From positions 319,106-383,105 of the forward strand of contig JBJLHG010000002.1 in NCBI GenBank assembly GCA_045564455.1: a stretch of DNA of 64,000 nt, in the 5' to 3' direction. Both the position numbers and the translations under genes were made by a program. This DNA comes from Gammaproteobacteria bacterium. Its GTDB lineage: Bacteria > Pseudomonadota > Gammaproteobacteria > Magnimaribacterales > AG-339-G14. Below, piece after piece: positions 29,099 through 38,850 of this stretch (within the stretch, counting starts at the first letter, position 1; each line of letters starts with the position of its first letter). Below the pieces are notes generated by a model that had not been told where the DNA came from, did no database searches, and saw only the letters and a program-made list of their open reading frames with translations.

Positions 29099-30151
29099 TT
29101 ATTGCTGGACTAAAGTCCATCCAAAATCTGACAAAGCTATAGTCTGATCGAAAAATGATTCTGCATTTTTACCCGCTGCAGTTCCATCTCTCACTCTGCC
29201 AGTAATACCTTGGCATATAGCTGCAAGTTTGAACATACTAAATCCCATATAAGTATTCCATTCATCATCGCTAATACTAAATTCTGAATTTTTCATATAC
29301 ATTTCTACGTATTCTTTAAGAATGGGAATTTTTAACTCCTTGCAATTATTTTCATCAGTTAAAATTGGGTTCATGAAATACTGAAGGCAGTGATAACTAA
29401 AATCAGCAATTGGATCACCTAGAGTAGATAATTCCCAATCCAAAATTGAAGCTACTTCATTATCTTCTGTATTTATAATTACATTTGAAAGGCTGAAATC
29501 ACCATGAACAAGTCTAGTTGGCTTTTCTGAGGGTAAATTGTCAGGAAGCCATTCAATTAAATTATTCATAGATGGAATATCTTCTGTTTCTGAATCTCTA
29601 TATTGCTTAGTCCATCTAGAAACTTGGCGGGCTACATAGTTTCCTGGTCTGCCAAAATCTTTTAACCCTATTGAGAATGGATCGATTGCATGTAATTTTG
29701 AAATTGTTTTATTCATGGATGAATAGATTTCATATCTATCGTTTTCAGTTCCATGAGGAATATGTGATTCCCAAATAACAGCTCCATCTATGTATTCCAT
29801 TACAAAAAACTCAGTACCTAATATTGATTCATCTTGACAATGCAAATATGCTTTAGGGACAGGGACGTCTGTATTATTTAGCGCGGAAATAACTTTAAAT
29901 TCTCTATCAACTGCATGAGCAGTCTTAAGAAGCATTCCAGGCGGCTTTTTTCTTAAAACATAAGAGTTTTCATTGGTTTTTAGAAAATAAGTTGGATTAG
30001 ATTGTCCTCCAATAAATTCTTCTATTATGAGAGGCCCTTCAAAATCAGGAATATTCTTTTCTAAATAAGGGGTAAGTTCTTTTGAATCAATAAAATGCTT
30101 TTCTGACATCTTTTTAGTTCCATTAAAATCACTTTCAAATTTTTTAATCAT
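29099..30151 (-). CDS. APH-fold phosphotransferase (ACAD10/11 kinase-domain-like)
   Basis: 350 aa with the Brenner motif LVHGDFSLSNVII (HxDxxxxN), the DFG-equivalent ILDWELSTLGDP, and N-lobe GGQSNPTY. Confidence 0.78.
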   Translation of the reverse strand: MIKKFESDFNGTKKMSEKHFIDSKELTPYLEKNIPDFEGPLIIEEFIGGQSNPTYFLKTNENSYVLRKKPPGMLLKTAHAVDREFKVISALNNTDVPVPKAYLHCQDESILGTEFFVMEYIDGAVIWESHIPHGTENDRYEIYSSMNKTISKLHAIDPFSIGLKDFGRPGNYVARQVSRWTKQYRDSETEDIPSMNNLIEWLPDNLPSEKPTRLVHGDFSLSNVIINTEDNEVASILDWELSTLGDPIADFSYHCLQYFMNPILTDENNCKELKIPILKEYVEMYMKNSEFSISDDEWNTYMGFSMFKLAAICQGITGRVRDGTAAGKNAESFFDQTIALSDFGWTLVQQ

Positions 30152-30220
30152 TTTCTATTCGGTTATTGATGTAGCTTACTTTATCAAATGAGTAGCGACT
30201 ATCAATTCTTAAAATTCTTC

Positions 30221-30940
30221 TTAATCGAGAGACCTCCCCCCGTCAACTCTTAAAATTTGCCCAGTTATGTAGGAATTTTGGGACAGGTGCAATACAGCTG
30301 AAGCAATATCTTTTTCAGTTCCAAGTCTTCCGAGCGGGATTTGGTTAAGAAGTTCGTCTTCATCAGTTGATCCATCAGAAGGAAGAAGAATAGCTCCAGG
30401 AGCGACTCCATTAACTCTTATTCTTGGAGCAAGTTCTTTTGCTAGAGACCTTGTTAAGGTTTCCAAGCCGCCTTTGGCTGTTGAATAAATTGTGTATTTT
30501 TTCATACCTCTTATAACCATAGCATCAGTTATGTTAATAATAGTGCCTAAATTTTTATCTAAATTATTTTTTAGCAATTCAGAAATGAGATAAGGGCCTC
30601 TTAAATTTGAATTGTGTAAAGTTTCCCAGTCCTTGCTAGAACTATCTCCTAAAGAAGTTGCGTAAAATGCTGATGCATTATTTATCAACACATCTATGGA
30701 AGGATAAAGATTATTAATATTATCAATAAAGGTTTGATAATTATGAATATCGTTTAAATCAAATTTAATTATTTTGCAGGACCCATTCCTGATGCTATTT
30801 AGTTCATCAGATAACTTTTTTGCTTCATTTTCTGAAGAATTATAATGACAAATAATATTAAACCCCTTTTTATGAAAGGTTTCACATATTTCTCTACCAA
30901 TTCTTATTGCGCCACCTGTAACTAGTATCGTTTTATTCAT
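30221..30940 (-). CDS. Pteridine reductase / dihydromonapterin reductase-like SDR (FolM-like)
   Basis: 239 aa with the cofactor motif TGGAIRIG (TGxxxRIG, as in FolM/PTR1), NNAS and the catalytic YSTAK. Confidence 0.65.
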   Translation of the reverse strand: MNKTILVTGGAIRIGREICETFHKKGFNIICHYNSSENEAKKLSDELNSIRNGSCKIIKFDLNDIHNYQTFIDNINNLYPSIDVLINNASAFYATSLGDSSSKDWETLHNSNLRGPYLISELLKNNLDKNLGTIINITDAMVIRGMKKYTIYSTAKGGLETLTRSLAKELAPRIRVNGVAPGAILLPSDGSTDEDELLNQIPLGRLGTEKDIASAVLHLSQNSYITGQILRVDGGRSLD

Positions 30941-31995
30941 TTTAAGTACTCTTCAATTTTTAAAAGCCTTTCTTTGTAGATTTTTTCTTTGATTTCTATG
31001 CCGTTATTAAGATTATTTATTTCTGGTTTTAATTTATGTAAATCATTTATTAAGGAATTCCATTCTATTTTTAAATCTATCCTTTCATTCAAACTAAAAA
31101 TAAAATCTATTACTTTCAGAGCATGATTTAAATCTCTAAACGTATTAATTTTCATTAATCCTTCAAGTATATTTTTGGCGGAAATTTTTCCATTTAAAGA
31201 CTTTTTAAACTCTTGAGAAGACTTTAAAAAATTTTTAAATTTATTTGGAATAGGAAGGTCTTCTAAACTTCTATTATTAAAATTTAGAGCAGCCCATTTT
31301 AGTTCTTTGTCATCGAAAATTTTCTCAATTTTTTCTAGTCGCCCGATAGATTCTTCAAAATTATCCTTTAATTCAGGAAAAGTAGATAGAGCATTAACTT
31401 CATTTAATATTTTAAAATATTCACTAGAATTTTTATAACCTAAGCTTTTTTCAGTTTCTTTCCATATTCTTTCAAAAGAAAGCGCTTCCAATTCTTTAGA
31501 TTCTGAAATAGAGGTCATTAATCCTAAAGTTCCCTCATCAATTGTAAAATCAAAAACTTTTAGTTTTGTAGCAAACCTGGCAACTCTATAAACTCTTAAA
31601 GGATCTTCAATAAAAGCATTAGAAACATGTTTTATTATTTTTCTTTTTATATCTTCTTGGCCTCCAAAAGGATCAATGAAGTTTCCTTCAGAATCCTTAG
31701 CAATGGCATTTATCGTTATATCTCTCCTATATAAATCCTCTTCAAGGGTAACTGTTTCTTGAGTTTCAAAGCTAAAGCCTTTATGACCAGGTAATATTTT
31801 TTTTTCTCTTCTAGCTAGGGCATATTCTTCTTTGCTTTTAGGATGAAGATATACAGGAAAATCTTTTCCTACGGATTTAAACCCTTTCTCTATCATTGAT
31901 TTGTCTGTTTCTCCTACTACAACCCAGTCTTTTTCTTCTACTTTTAAACCAAGTAAATTATCTCTGACAGCACCGCCTACCAAGTAGAATTTCAT
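30937..31995 (-). CDS. cca: tRNA CCA-adding nucleotidyltransferase (class II, no HD phosphohydrolase domain)
   Basis: 352 aa with YLVGGAVRD, the RRD(I/L)TINA-type motif RRDITINA, and DPLRVYRVARF. I see no H..HD..D motif in the C-terminal part. Confidence 0.85.
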   Translation of the reverse strand: MKFYLVGGAVRDNLLGLKVEEKDWVVVGETDKSMIEKGFKSVGKDFPVYLHPKSKEEYALARREKKILPGHKGFSFETQETVTLEEDLYRRDITINAIAKDSEGNFIDPFGGQEDIKRKIIKHVSNAFIEDPLRVYRVARFATKLKVFDFTIDEGTLGLMTSISESKELEALSFERIWKETEKSLGYKNSSEYFKILNEVNALSTFPELKDNFEESIGRLEKIEKIFDDKELKWAALNFNNRSLEDLPIPNKFKNFLKSSQEFKKSLNGKISAKNILEGLMKINTFRDLNHALKVIDFIFSLNERIDLKIEWNSLINDLHKLKPEINNLNNGIEIKEKIYKERLLKIEEYLK

Positions 31996-32825
31996 TTTTT
32001 TATTTTTTTTATGTAATATTTTTTATTATCTTCTAGTCTCATTATTGTCAGTTTCCCCCCCCATACACAACCTGAATCTAGTCCTATTATATTAGTTAAC
32101 TTAGTATGCCCATTCAACGCTGCCCAATGTCCAAATATAATTTGAACATCTTTTGATAAAGACTTTGAATAAAATTTAAACCAAGCTTCATATTCTTTCG
32201 GAACACTCTCTATCCCTCCTTTGAAAGAAAAGTCTATTTCCCCATTTTTTTTCCCAATTCGTAACCTTGTCAAAGCATTAGCAAAAAAAATTCTCTTCTC
32301 CGCACTGGTCAAACTTTCTTCATATTTTTTTGGACATTTTGAAAATAATTTATTTAAATTTTTTTTTGGATTTTTCATAATAAATTTTTGGAATTTATTA
32401 TTTAAATTTAAACATTTTTTTATGCTTAGATTTGAAGGAATCCCAGCATGTATCATTGCAACCTTTTTTAATCCAATTTCAGTTTTAATTTTTTTTACAA
32501 AAATTAAGGGTTGCTCAAGAAGGTAATTTGCATAAACCTCGCAATCTCTAGATTCAAAAAGTTTTTCCAAAGTATCGGTTTTTGAAGATTTTCTGCCGGA
32601 ATAAAAACAAGATAAAAAATGCAAATCGTGATTTCCTAAAACTACATGAATTCTATCCTTTGTCTTGTGAATATATTTCAAGAGCTTCAATGAGTCAGGA
32701 CCTCTATTTATTAAATCTCCCGCTAACCATAAATAATCTTCTTTGGGATTGAATTTAATTTTTTCCAAAGCTGCTTCAAATTCATCAAAGCAACCTTGAA
32801 TATCCCCAAAAGCATAATTAGCCAT
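31992..32825 (-). CDS. apaH: Bis(5'-nucleosyl)-tetraphosphatase, symmetrical (ApaH)
   Basis: 277 aa with the metallophosphatase motifs FGDIQGC, GDLINRG, GNHD and GH, and C-terminal LDSGCVWGG. Confidence 0.9.
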   Translation of the reverse strand: MANYAFGDIQGCFDEFEAALEKIKFNPKEDYLWLAGDLINRGPDSLKLLKYIHKTKDRIHVVLGNHDLHFLSCFYSGRKSSKTDTLEKLFESRDCEVYANYLLEQPLIFVKKIKTEIGLKKVAMIHAGIPSNLSIKKCLNLNNKFQKFIMKNPKKNLNKLFSKCPKKYEESLTSAEKRIFFANALTRLRIGKKNGEIDFSFKGGIESVPKEYEAWFKFYSKSLSKDVQIIFGHWAALNGHTKLTNIIGLDSGCVWGGKLTIMRLEDNKKYYIKKIKK

Positions 32826-33606
32826 TCTTCTGTTTTAATCTAGCAAGATCAATGAACTGTTGGATATTCATTTGATCGGGTCTTAAGTTTAAGTCTAAAT
32901 CTATTTCATTTAAATCCTTGTCTGAATATATTTCTCTTAACGTTTTAGCTACTTTTTTTCTTTTTTTATTGAACAGTTTTGGAAGAATTTTTTTTAAATT
33001 TTTTAATTCTTCTATTTTATTTTCTCTTATTTTCGGAATAAATCTCACAAAAGAACTATCAACCCTCGGGATCGGCTCAAAAAAATTTCTTTCAACTTCG
33101 CTTAAGATCTCTACTTTGCATAAATATTTACACATCACGCTTAATTTTCCGTAAGAATTTGTTGTTTCATCTCCAGCGCATCGTTCTGCAAATTCTTTTT
33201 GAAACATAAAATGCATATCTTTAATCATTTCAATCTGATCAAAGCACCATTCAAGAATTGGGCTAGATAAGTTATATGGCAAATTACCTATTAATCTTAT
33301 GGGATTCGATACATCTGCAAATTCTTTTAAATCAATATCAAGAATATCTTTATTAATAATTTTAAAATTGCTCTCATTAGAAAATTTACTCTCCAAATTA
33401 TCAATCAAATCTTTATCTAGCTCTACAGCCACATATCGCCTTGGCTTTTTATACAGATAATTGGTAAGACCTCCAATGCCTGGTCCAATTTCTAGGAAAA
33501 AATCATCTTTTGAAGCATTTATATAATTTGCTAATTTATCTAAAAGCACCGCATCAGAAAGAAAGTTTTGTCCAAACCTCTTTTTAGGAAGATGGTTTTT
33601 AATCAT
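32818..33606 (-). CDS. rsmA: 16S rRNA (adenine1518/1519-N6)-dimethyltransferase RsmA/KsgA
   Basis: 262 aa with KKRFGQNFL, the SAM motif EIGPGIGGLT, and NLPYN. Confidence 0.93.
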   Translation of the reverse strand: MIKNHLPKKRFGQNFLSDAVLLDKLANYINASKDDFFLEIGPGIGGLTNYLYKKPRRYVAVELDKDLIDNLESKFSNESNFKIINKDILDIDLKEFADVSNPIRLIGNLPYNLSSPILEWCFDQIEMIKDMHFMFQKEFAERCAGDETTNSYGKLSVMCKYLCKVEILSEVERNFFEPIPRVDSSFVRFIPKIRENKIEELKNLKKILPKLFNKKRKKVAKTLREIYSDKDLNEIDLDLNLRPDQMNIQQFIDLARLKQKNG

Positions 33607-34567
33607 GCCTCTTGTTAGAAAAAAAATTTGTTAAACGCATTGCTTCGTCAAAACTAGAAAAATCAGCTAAGCCTTTTCCTGCAATTTCATAAGCTGTTCC
33701 ATGATCTACAGAGACCCTTACAAATGGAAGACCCAGCGTAATATTTATAGAATCCCCGAACCCCATAGACTTTAATACCGGCAATCCTTGATCATGAAAC
33801 ATGGCTATATACAAATCAAAGAAATTTAATTTTTCTTCAATGAATGCAGTATCTGCTGAAATAGGACCTTGAACATTCAAGCCTTTATCTTTTAACTTTT
33901 CAATCGCAGGCTTTATCACTTCAACTTCTTCAGAGCCCATAAATCCTCCTTCACCAGCGTGAGGGTTTAAACCCAAAACGCAAATTTTAGGGTCTTTAAT
34001 TTTCCATAATTTTCTTAAGCTTTCATCCGCTATCTGAGATATTTTTATAATTTTTTCGATAGTTATAGATTCAGATACTTTTTTTAGGGGTATGTGAGTA
34101 GTTAATAGAGCAACTTTTAACTTTTTATTAGCTAAAAGCATCACTACATTTTTTGAATTAGAAATATCAGCTAAAAATTCAGTATGACCAGAAAACTCAA
34201 AACCATATTCATTTATTATTTTCTTATTAATTGGACCGGTAACCAATCCAGAATATTCTTTACTTAAACAGCCCAAGGCTCCAGTCATTAGAACATCTAA
34301 AATATATTTCGAGTTTGATATAACAGGGCTACCAAAATCTACTTCTGAAATTAATGGAATATGTTTAACTAAAACACTTCCTTCTTGCTCCGATGATTCA
34401 GAAAACGTTAAATTTAAATTTAATTTTTTTGAAAGGCTTTCATAAAAGTCAATATCTCCTATAAGTTCATATTGAGATATTTCTGATCTATTTTTAAATA
34501 AGGATTTTAAACAAACTTCTGGACCTATCCCAGCAGGATCACCTGGGCTAAGAGCAATTTTTTTCAT
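33599..34567 (-). CDS. pdxA: 4-hydroxythreonine-4-phosphate dehydrogenase PdxA
   Basis: 322 aa with GDPAGIGPE, GHTEFLA, LNPHAGEGG and VDHGTA. Confidence 0.92.
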   Translation of the reverse strand: MKKIALSPGDPAGIGPEVCLKSLFKNRSEISQYELIGDIDFYESLSKKLNLNLTFSESSEQEGSVLVKHIPLISEVDFGSPVISNSKYILDVLMTGALGCLSKEYSGLVTGPINKKIINEYGFEFSGHTEFLADISNSKNVVMLLANKKLKVALLTTHIPLKKVSESITIEKIIKISQIADESLRKLWKIKDPKICVLGLNPHAGEGGFMGSEEVEVIKPAIEKLKDKGLNVQGPISADTAFIEEKLNFFDLYIAMFHDQGLPVLKSMGFGDSINITLGLPFVRVSVDHGTAYEIAGKGLADFSSFDEAMRLTNFFSNKRHD

Positions 34568-35811
34568 GTATTCTTTTTTATTTCAACGAAAGATTCAGCT
34601 CTAAGCTCTTGAAGAGTTTTATCAAGTTGTTCATCAAATTTTCTATCGTATATTATTCGATAAGCCTTATTTTCAAGAAGTTCACCTGAAATATCTTTTT
34701 TTCTTTTATCTAGCACTTCTAATATATGAAACCCAAAGGAGCTCTCGAAAGGCTCACTAACTTCATTAAGATCTGAGCTATCTAAGACCTCCTTAAATTT
34801 TTTGTCATAAACTTCTGAGGTTGACCAACCTAAATCTCCACCGTCTAGTTTAGTTCCTGGATCATCAGAATAAAGTCTGGCTAGTACAGAAAAATCTTCT
34901 CCATCATCTATACGTTTTTTTATTTCTTCTAATAACGATGTTGCTTGTTTTCTATTTCTTATTTCTGATGTTTGTATCAGGATATGTCGCGCTAACAATT
35001 GTTCTTCAATTTTGACAGTATCGCCTCTTTTATCCTTAATTTTTAAAAAATGATATCCTGCACCACTTTCAATAGGCCCTTCTACAGAATCGATTGACAT
35101 ATTTTTTACCCTGTCAGCAAATAAAGATGGAAGTTGACTCAATCTAACCCATTGAATTTCTTTTAACAGCTCTGCTTCATTAAATTCTTCTACCAGACTG
35201 GAAAATTTATCACCACTAGAAAGTTTTTCTAATACAGTATTTGCAGACTTTTCAGATTTAACAAGTATCTCTTGAATTTTGTATTCAACTAAAATTAAAT
35301 TTTGACCTTCTGTAGAGTCAATAAAATTTTTAAGCTCTTGATCTGAAATAAAAACTTTAGGGCCTACCAAACCTCTCTGAACTCTAGACAATATTAACTG
35401 CTGTCTAATTTCTTTTCTAAAACTATCTACAGTTCTATCTGTTTTAATCTTTTCAATAAAGTCTTTCAAACTTAAATTATTGGCTGCTGCAATTCTTCCA
35501 ATATATTGAGTTAATTCTTGGTCGCTAATTCTTACTCCTGCTCTTTTGGCTCTCTGTAATTGAAGTTCAACCAATATCAATCGTTCTAGTATTTGCTCTC
35601 TTACAATCTTTTCAGGAGGGGTAGAAGAATTCGGATTATTAATCTGAAAATTACTTAAATACTCATCATATTTTTTATTTAATTCCGACTCAAGAATTAT
35701 CCCATCACCAGCAATAGCAGCAACTTTGTCTATTATTAATTTTTCTGAAAATACGAATGAGGATAATAAAATCCCAAATAAAAAATATAAAACAGTCAAA
35801 TAAATTTTCAT
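34564..35811 (-). CDS. surA: Periplasmic chaperone / PPIase SurA
   Basis: 415 aa with a signal peptide, an N-terminal chaperone domain and parvulin domains (GGDLGW, FGFHILEV). Lies between lptD and pdxA. Confidence 0.9.
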   Translation of the reverse strand: MKIYLTVLYFLFGILLSSFVFSEKLIIDKVAAIAGDGIILESELNKKYDEYLSNFQINNPNSSTPPEKIVREQILERLILVELQLQRAKRAGVRISDQELTQYIGRIAAANNLSLKDFIEKIKTDRTVDSFRKEIRQQLILSRVQRGLVGPKVFISDQELKNFIDSTEGQNLILVEYKIQEILVKSEKSANTVLEKLSSGDKFSSLVEEFNEAELLKEIQWVRLSQLPSLFADRVKNMSIDSVEGPIESGAGYHFLKIKDKRGDTVKIEEQLLARHILIQTSEIRNRKQATSLLEEIKKRIDDGEDFSVLARLYSDDPGTKLDGGDLGWSTSEVYDKKFKEVLDSSDLNEVSEPFESSFGFHILEVLDKRKKDISGELLENKAYRIIYDRKFDEQLDKTLQELRAESFVEIKKNT

Positions 35812-37907
35812 TAGTTTAGTTCTTTGTTTCTAGTATATTGATTTAAAGGTCTACCTAATGACCCTAAACCTTTTAACTCAAAATAGATTCTAAAGCTTTC
35901 CTGACTATATTCATCAAATTTATTTTCATTAATAACTTTAAACCAATCTAATCCCTTTGAATTTATGACAGCAGCACCAATTTTTAAGCCTGGATTTTCA
36001 TACTCAACACCAAGAACAAAATTATTTAAGTTAGAATTTTTTAAATCGTAATCTATTTTTGATTGTATAGAGGTTCTAGAATTAATATAAAAAAGTTCTT
36101 TAAGTTCTATAAAATTAATTTTTCTTATATTCTCCTTGTTCAAAAAATAAGAATTTATATTTTTAATCCAAATATAATCAAAACTAAATTGATTTGAATT
36201 AGAAAAATTTTTATTAAATTTAAAACTAAAAGAATCAAAGCTGTCGTTATTATCTTTATTTAGGGATGCAGAGAAGGAAAGATTTTTATCATCCGCATAG
36301 GACCATTTTGCTTGATATGGTTCAGGCAAATTAAAAATAGAATCTGATATTTTTAAGTCTCTATCTTTCAGCCCTATGAGTTTAGAAATTTTTATGTTTT
36401 GATTTTTTTTATTTTTTCCAAAACTTTTATAAGTTATGCCTATTAGAAGATCATTCCTCATAGGAATATATCCATCTCCCGAAATCATTAGTTTGGAAAA
36501 ATTTTCTGAATCATTAAAAATTCCTGAATTAATTGAAGGCAGATTAGACTGATCATTATCTTTAGAATAAATAAAAGAAAGAAATGGCTTTAGCATTAAA
36601 GTTTTATTTGGATTTCTTTTAAAAAACTTTGATGAAAAGTTAGCTTCAAAATTGGGAGTCATTCTAGAGATTTCTTTATTTTTAGTATAAAAAACATCAT
36701 AGATATAATTAAATTTTATTTCAGAATATAAATTTGAATAATACTTGCTAAATTTGATTTGGGGGTTGAGACCTAATCGCTCTATTTTTTGTTTTGAATT
36801 GTCAGAAAAAGAGCCTCCTTTTCTGAGAGATTGGAAATTAAAATTTAAGTTATATTGAAAATTTTCTATATTTTTAAACCAATTAAAATCGACTTCCGGT
36901 ACTTCTTGTAACTGGTTTAAGCCTATAGGGTTAATAATTTTGAATGCATTAATTTTAAGATTTAAATGATGATTTTTTCCAAAGCTAGAGATTTTTAAAA
37001 CTTGAGGAACAAATAATGATTCTGCTTCTCCATTAAAGCCGCCTCCAAAATCTCTTAAAAATAAATCATCTCCTATATTTGAATATTTAATATTTAAAAA
37101 AGTTTTTGAAAAGATTTCAGCGTTATGGACAGAGTTAAATGACCATCTGAAAGAGCCTTTATGAAATTTTTCATAATATTCTTCATCTTGAGCTAAAAAA
37201 GAAGATTTTATATAACCATTATATTTTTTATATAGATATCTAAATTCACCAGAAGCTCCAGCGCCTCTTTTAGAAATTAATCTTGGCTCTAAAGTTAAAT
37301 CAAAGTTATTTGCTAAATTTAAATAATAAGGAACTGAAAAATCTGTTCCAGATTTATTAGAAATTGATATCTCAGGTAAAAGAAAACCACTTCTTCTTCC
37401 TCCAGAAGAAGGAAACGAACCTTTTGGGAAGTAAAAAATGGTTTTATTATCTACGACTAATCTTGCATTTTCAAAATCTACATTTTCATTTAGTAAATCA
37501 AGATTTACCTTTTCTGCTTCAACCCACCATATTTTTTCTTCACAAGGACACAAAGAAAACTCTACATTTCTTAGGACAGATTTATCTTTAGAAGCACTTA
37601 TTTTTTGGGCATTGCCCCAAATCAATTGATCTTTTACTTTGAAAGAAATATTCTCAGACGAAAGATTTTTATTATCACCGTCGATGAAAACTTTATCAGA
37701 AGAAATAATCAAATTTTCATATATAAGTTCTACATTATTCTCAAAAACAATCTCACCAGTTTCATTGTTAGTTCTTAAATTTTCAGCACTGTAGCTAAAA
37801 TCTTGAGCATGCGATGTGATAGAACTCAGAAGAAGAGCAAGCCCAAGAAATAAAAGATTAGTGTTATACATATTAGCTTTCCGCATAGCAGTTTTTTTTG
37901 ATAACAA
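35811..37907 (-). CDS. lptD: LPS-assembly outer-membrane protein LptD
   Basis: 698 aa with a signal sequence, an OstA-like N-terminal beta-jellyroll and a large Asn/Phe/Tyr-rich beta-barrel. Conserved position upstream of surA. The exact start (37907, 37886 or 37868) is not resolved. Confidence 0.85.
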   Translation of the reverse strand: MLSKKTAMRKANMYNTNLLFLGLALLLSSITSHAQDFSYSAENLRTNNETGEIVFENNVELIYENLIISSDKVFIDGDNKNLSSENISFKVKDQLIWGNAQKISASKDKSVLRNVEFSLCPCEEKIWWVEAEKVNLDLLNENVDFENARLVVDNKTIFYFPKGSFPSSGGRRSGFLLPEISISNKSGTDFSVPYYLNLANNFDLTLEPRLISKRGAGASGEFRYLYKKYNGYIKSSFLAQDEEYYEKFHKGSFRWSFNSVHNAEIFSKTFLNIKYSNIGDDLFLRDFGGGFNGEAESLFVPQVLKISSFGKNHHLNLKINAFKIINPIGLNQLQEVPEVDFNWFKNIENFQYNLNFNFQSLRKGGSFSDNSKQKIERLGLNPQIKFSKYYSNLYSEIKFNYIYDVFYTKNKEISRMTPNFEANFSSKFFKRNPNKTLMLKPFLSFIYSKDNDQSNLPSINSGIFNDSENFSKLMISGDGYIPMRNDLLIGITYKSFGKNKKNQNIKISKLIGLKDRDLKISDSIFNLPEPYQAKWSYADDKNLSFSASLNKDNNDSFDSFSFKFNKNFSNSNQFSFDYIWIKNINSYFLNKENIRKINFIELKELFYINSRTSIQSKIDYDLKNSNLNNFVLGVEYENPGLKIGAAVINSKGLDWFKVINENKFDEYSQESFRIYFELKGLGSLGRPLNQYTRNKELN

Positions 37908-37971
37908 TCATTCTAATGATAATAGAAGCGTTTGGGGGTTAAAATACCTCTTTTAATTTAAATAAAGGATT

Positions 37972-38844
37972 TTGGTGAAAATTATGAATAGTTTAACTAA
38001 CAAAACTCTCTTCATTTCTGGAGCAAGTAGAGGTATTGGTCTTGCGATAGCAAAGAGAGCAGCAAAAGATGGTGCAAATATAATATTGGCAGCAAAGACT
38101 GCAGAACCCCATCCCAAGCTTCCTGGAACTATTTATACTGCCGCAGATGAGATAGAAAAAGCTGGGGGAAAAGCTTTACCATTGATTTGTGACATTAGAT
38201 CTGAAGAGCAGGTAGAAGAATGTGTTGAAAAAGGAGCCGAGCATTTTGGAGGTATAGATATTTGTATAAATAATGCTAGTGCAATCCAGCTTACAAACAC
38301 ATTACAAACTGACATGAAGAGATACGATTTAATGAATCAAATAAATGCTAGGGGAACTTTTTTAACCTCTAAAAAATGCTTACCTTATCTTTTAAAAGCT
38401 AAAAATCCTCATATTATGAACCTATCTCCTCCATTGGATATGAGCCCTAAGTGGTTTGCTAATCATGTTGCATACACAATAGCTAAATATGGAATGAGTC
38501 TATGCGTTTTGGGAATGGCTGAAGAATTCAAAGATCAAGGAGTAGCTGTCAATGCGCTTTGGCCCAGAACTGCAATAGCTACAGCCGCAGTACAAAATGT
38601 TTTAGGAGGAGATGAACTAAGTAGAATTTCCAGAACGCCTGAAATAATGGCAGATGCAGCGCATGTCATTTTGACAAAACCATCTAAAGAATTTACCGGC
38701 AACTTTTGTATTGATGATAATCTTTTAGCAGAAAATGGCGTAACAGATTTTTCTATATATGCTTCTGTTCCTTTTGCTGAACTAGCGCCAGATTTTTTTG
38801 TTCCAGATGATATTTTGCCGCCTGAAGCAGCAAAAAATAGTTAA
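37972..38844 (+). CDS. HSDL2-like short-chain dehydrogenase/reductase
   Basis: 290 aa, nearly collinear with the SDR domain of animal HSDL2. Shared blocks are ISGASRGIG.AIA.KAAKDGANI..AAKTA.PHPKL.GTIYTAA.EIE..GGKALP, NNASAI.LTNT, YTIAKYGMS..VLGMAEEF and VNALWP.TAI.TAA. GTG at 37972, or alternatively ATG at 37984. Confidence 0.8.
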   Translation: MVKIMNSLTNKTLFISGASRGIGLAIAKRAAKDGANIILAAKTAEPHPKLPGTIYTAADEIEKAGGKALPLICDIRSEEQVEECVEKGAEHFGGIDICINNASAIQLTNTLQTDMKRYDLMNQINARGTFLTSKKCLPYLLKAKNPHIMNLSPPLDMSPKWFANHVAYTIAKYGMSLCVLGMAEEFKDQGVAVNALWPRTAIATAAVQNVLGGDELSRISRTPEIMADAAHVILTKPSKEFTGNFCIDDNLLAENGVTDFSIYASVPFAELAPDFFVPDDILPPEAAKNS

Positions 38845-38850
38845 GTTATT

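Noticed and set aside
32055-32062. A C8 run (G8 on the coding strand) inside apaH, striking in an AT-rich genome and potentially slippage-prone.
   Set aside because: It is in frame and encodes the conserved ApaH C-terminal W-G-G (TGG GGG GGG), and the ORF is intact. There is no evidence of phase variation from a single sequence.
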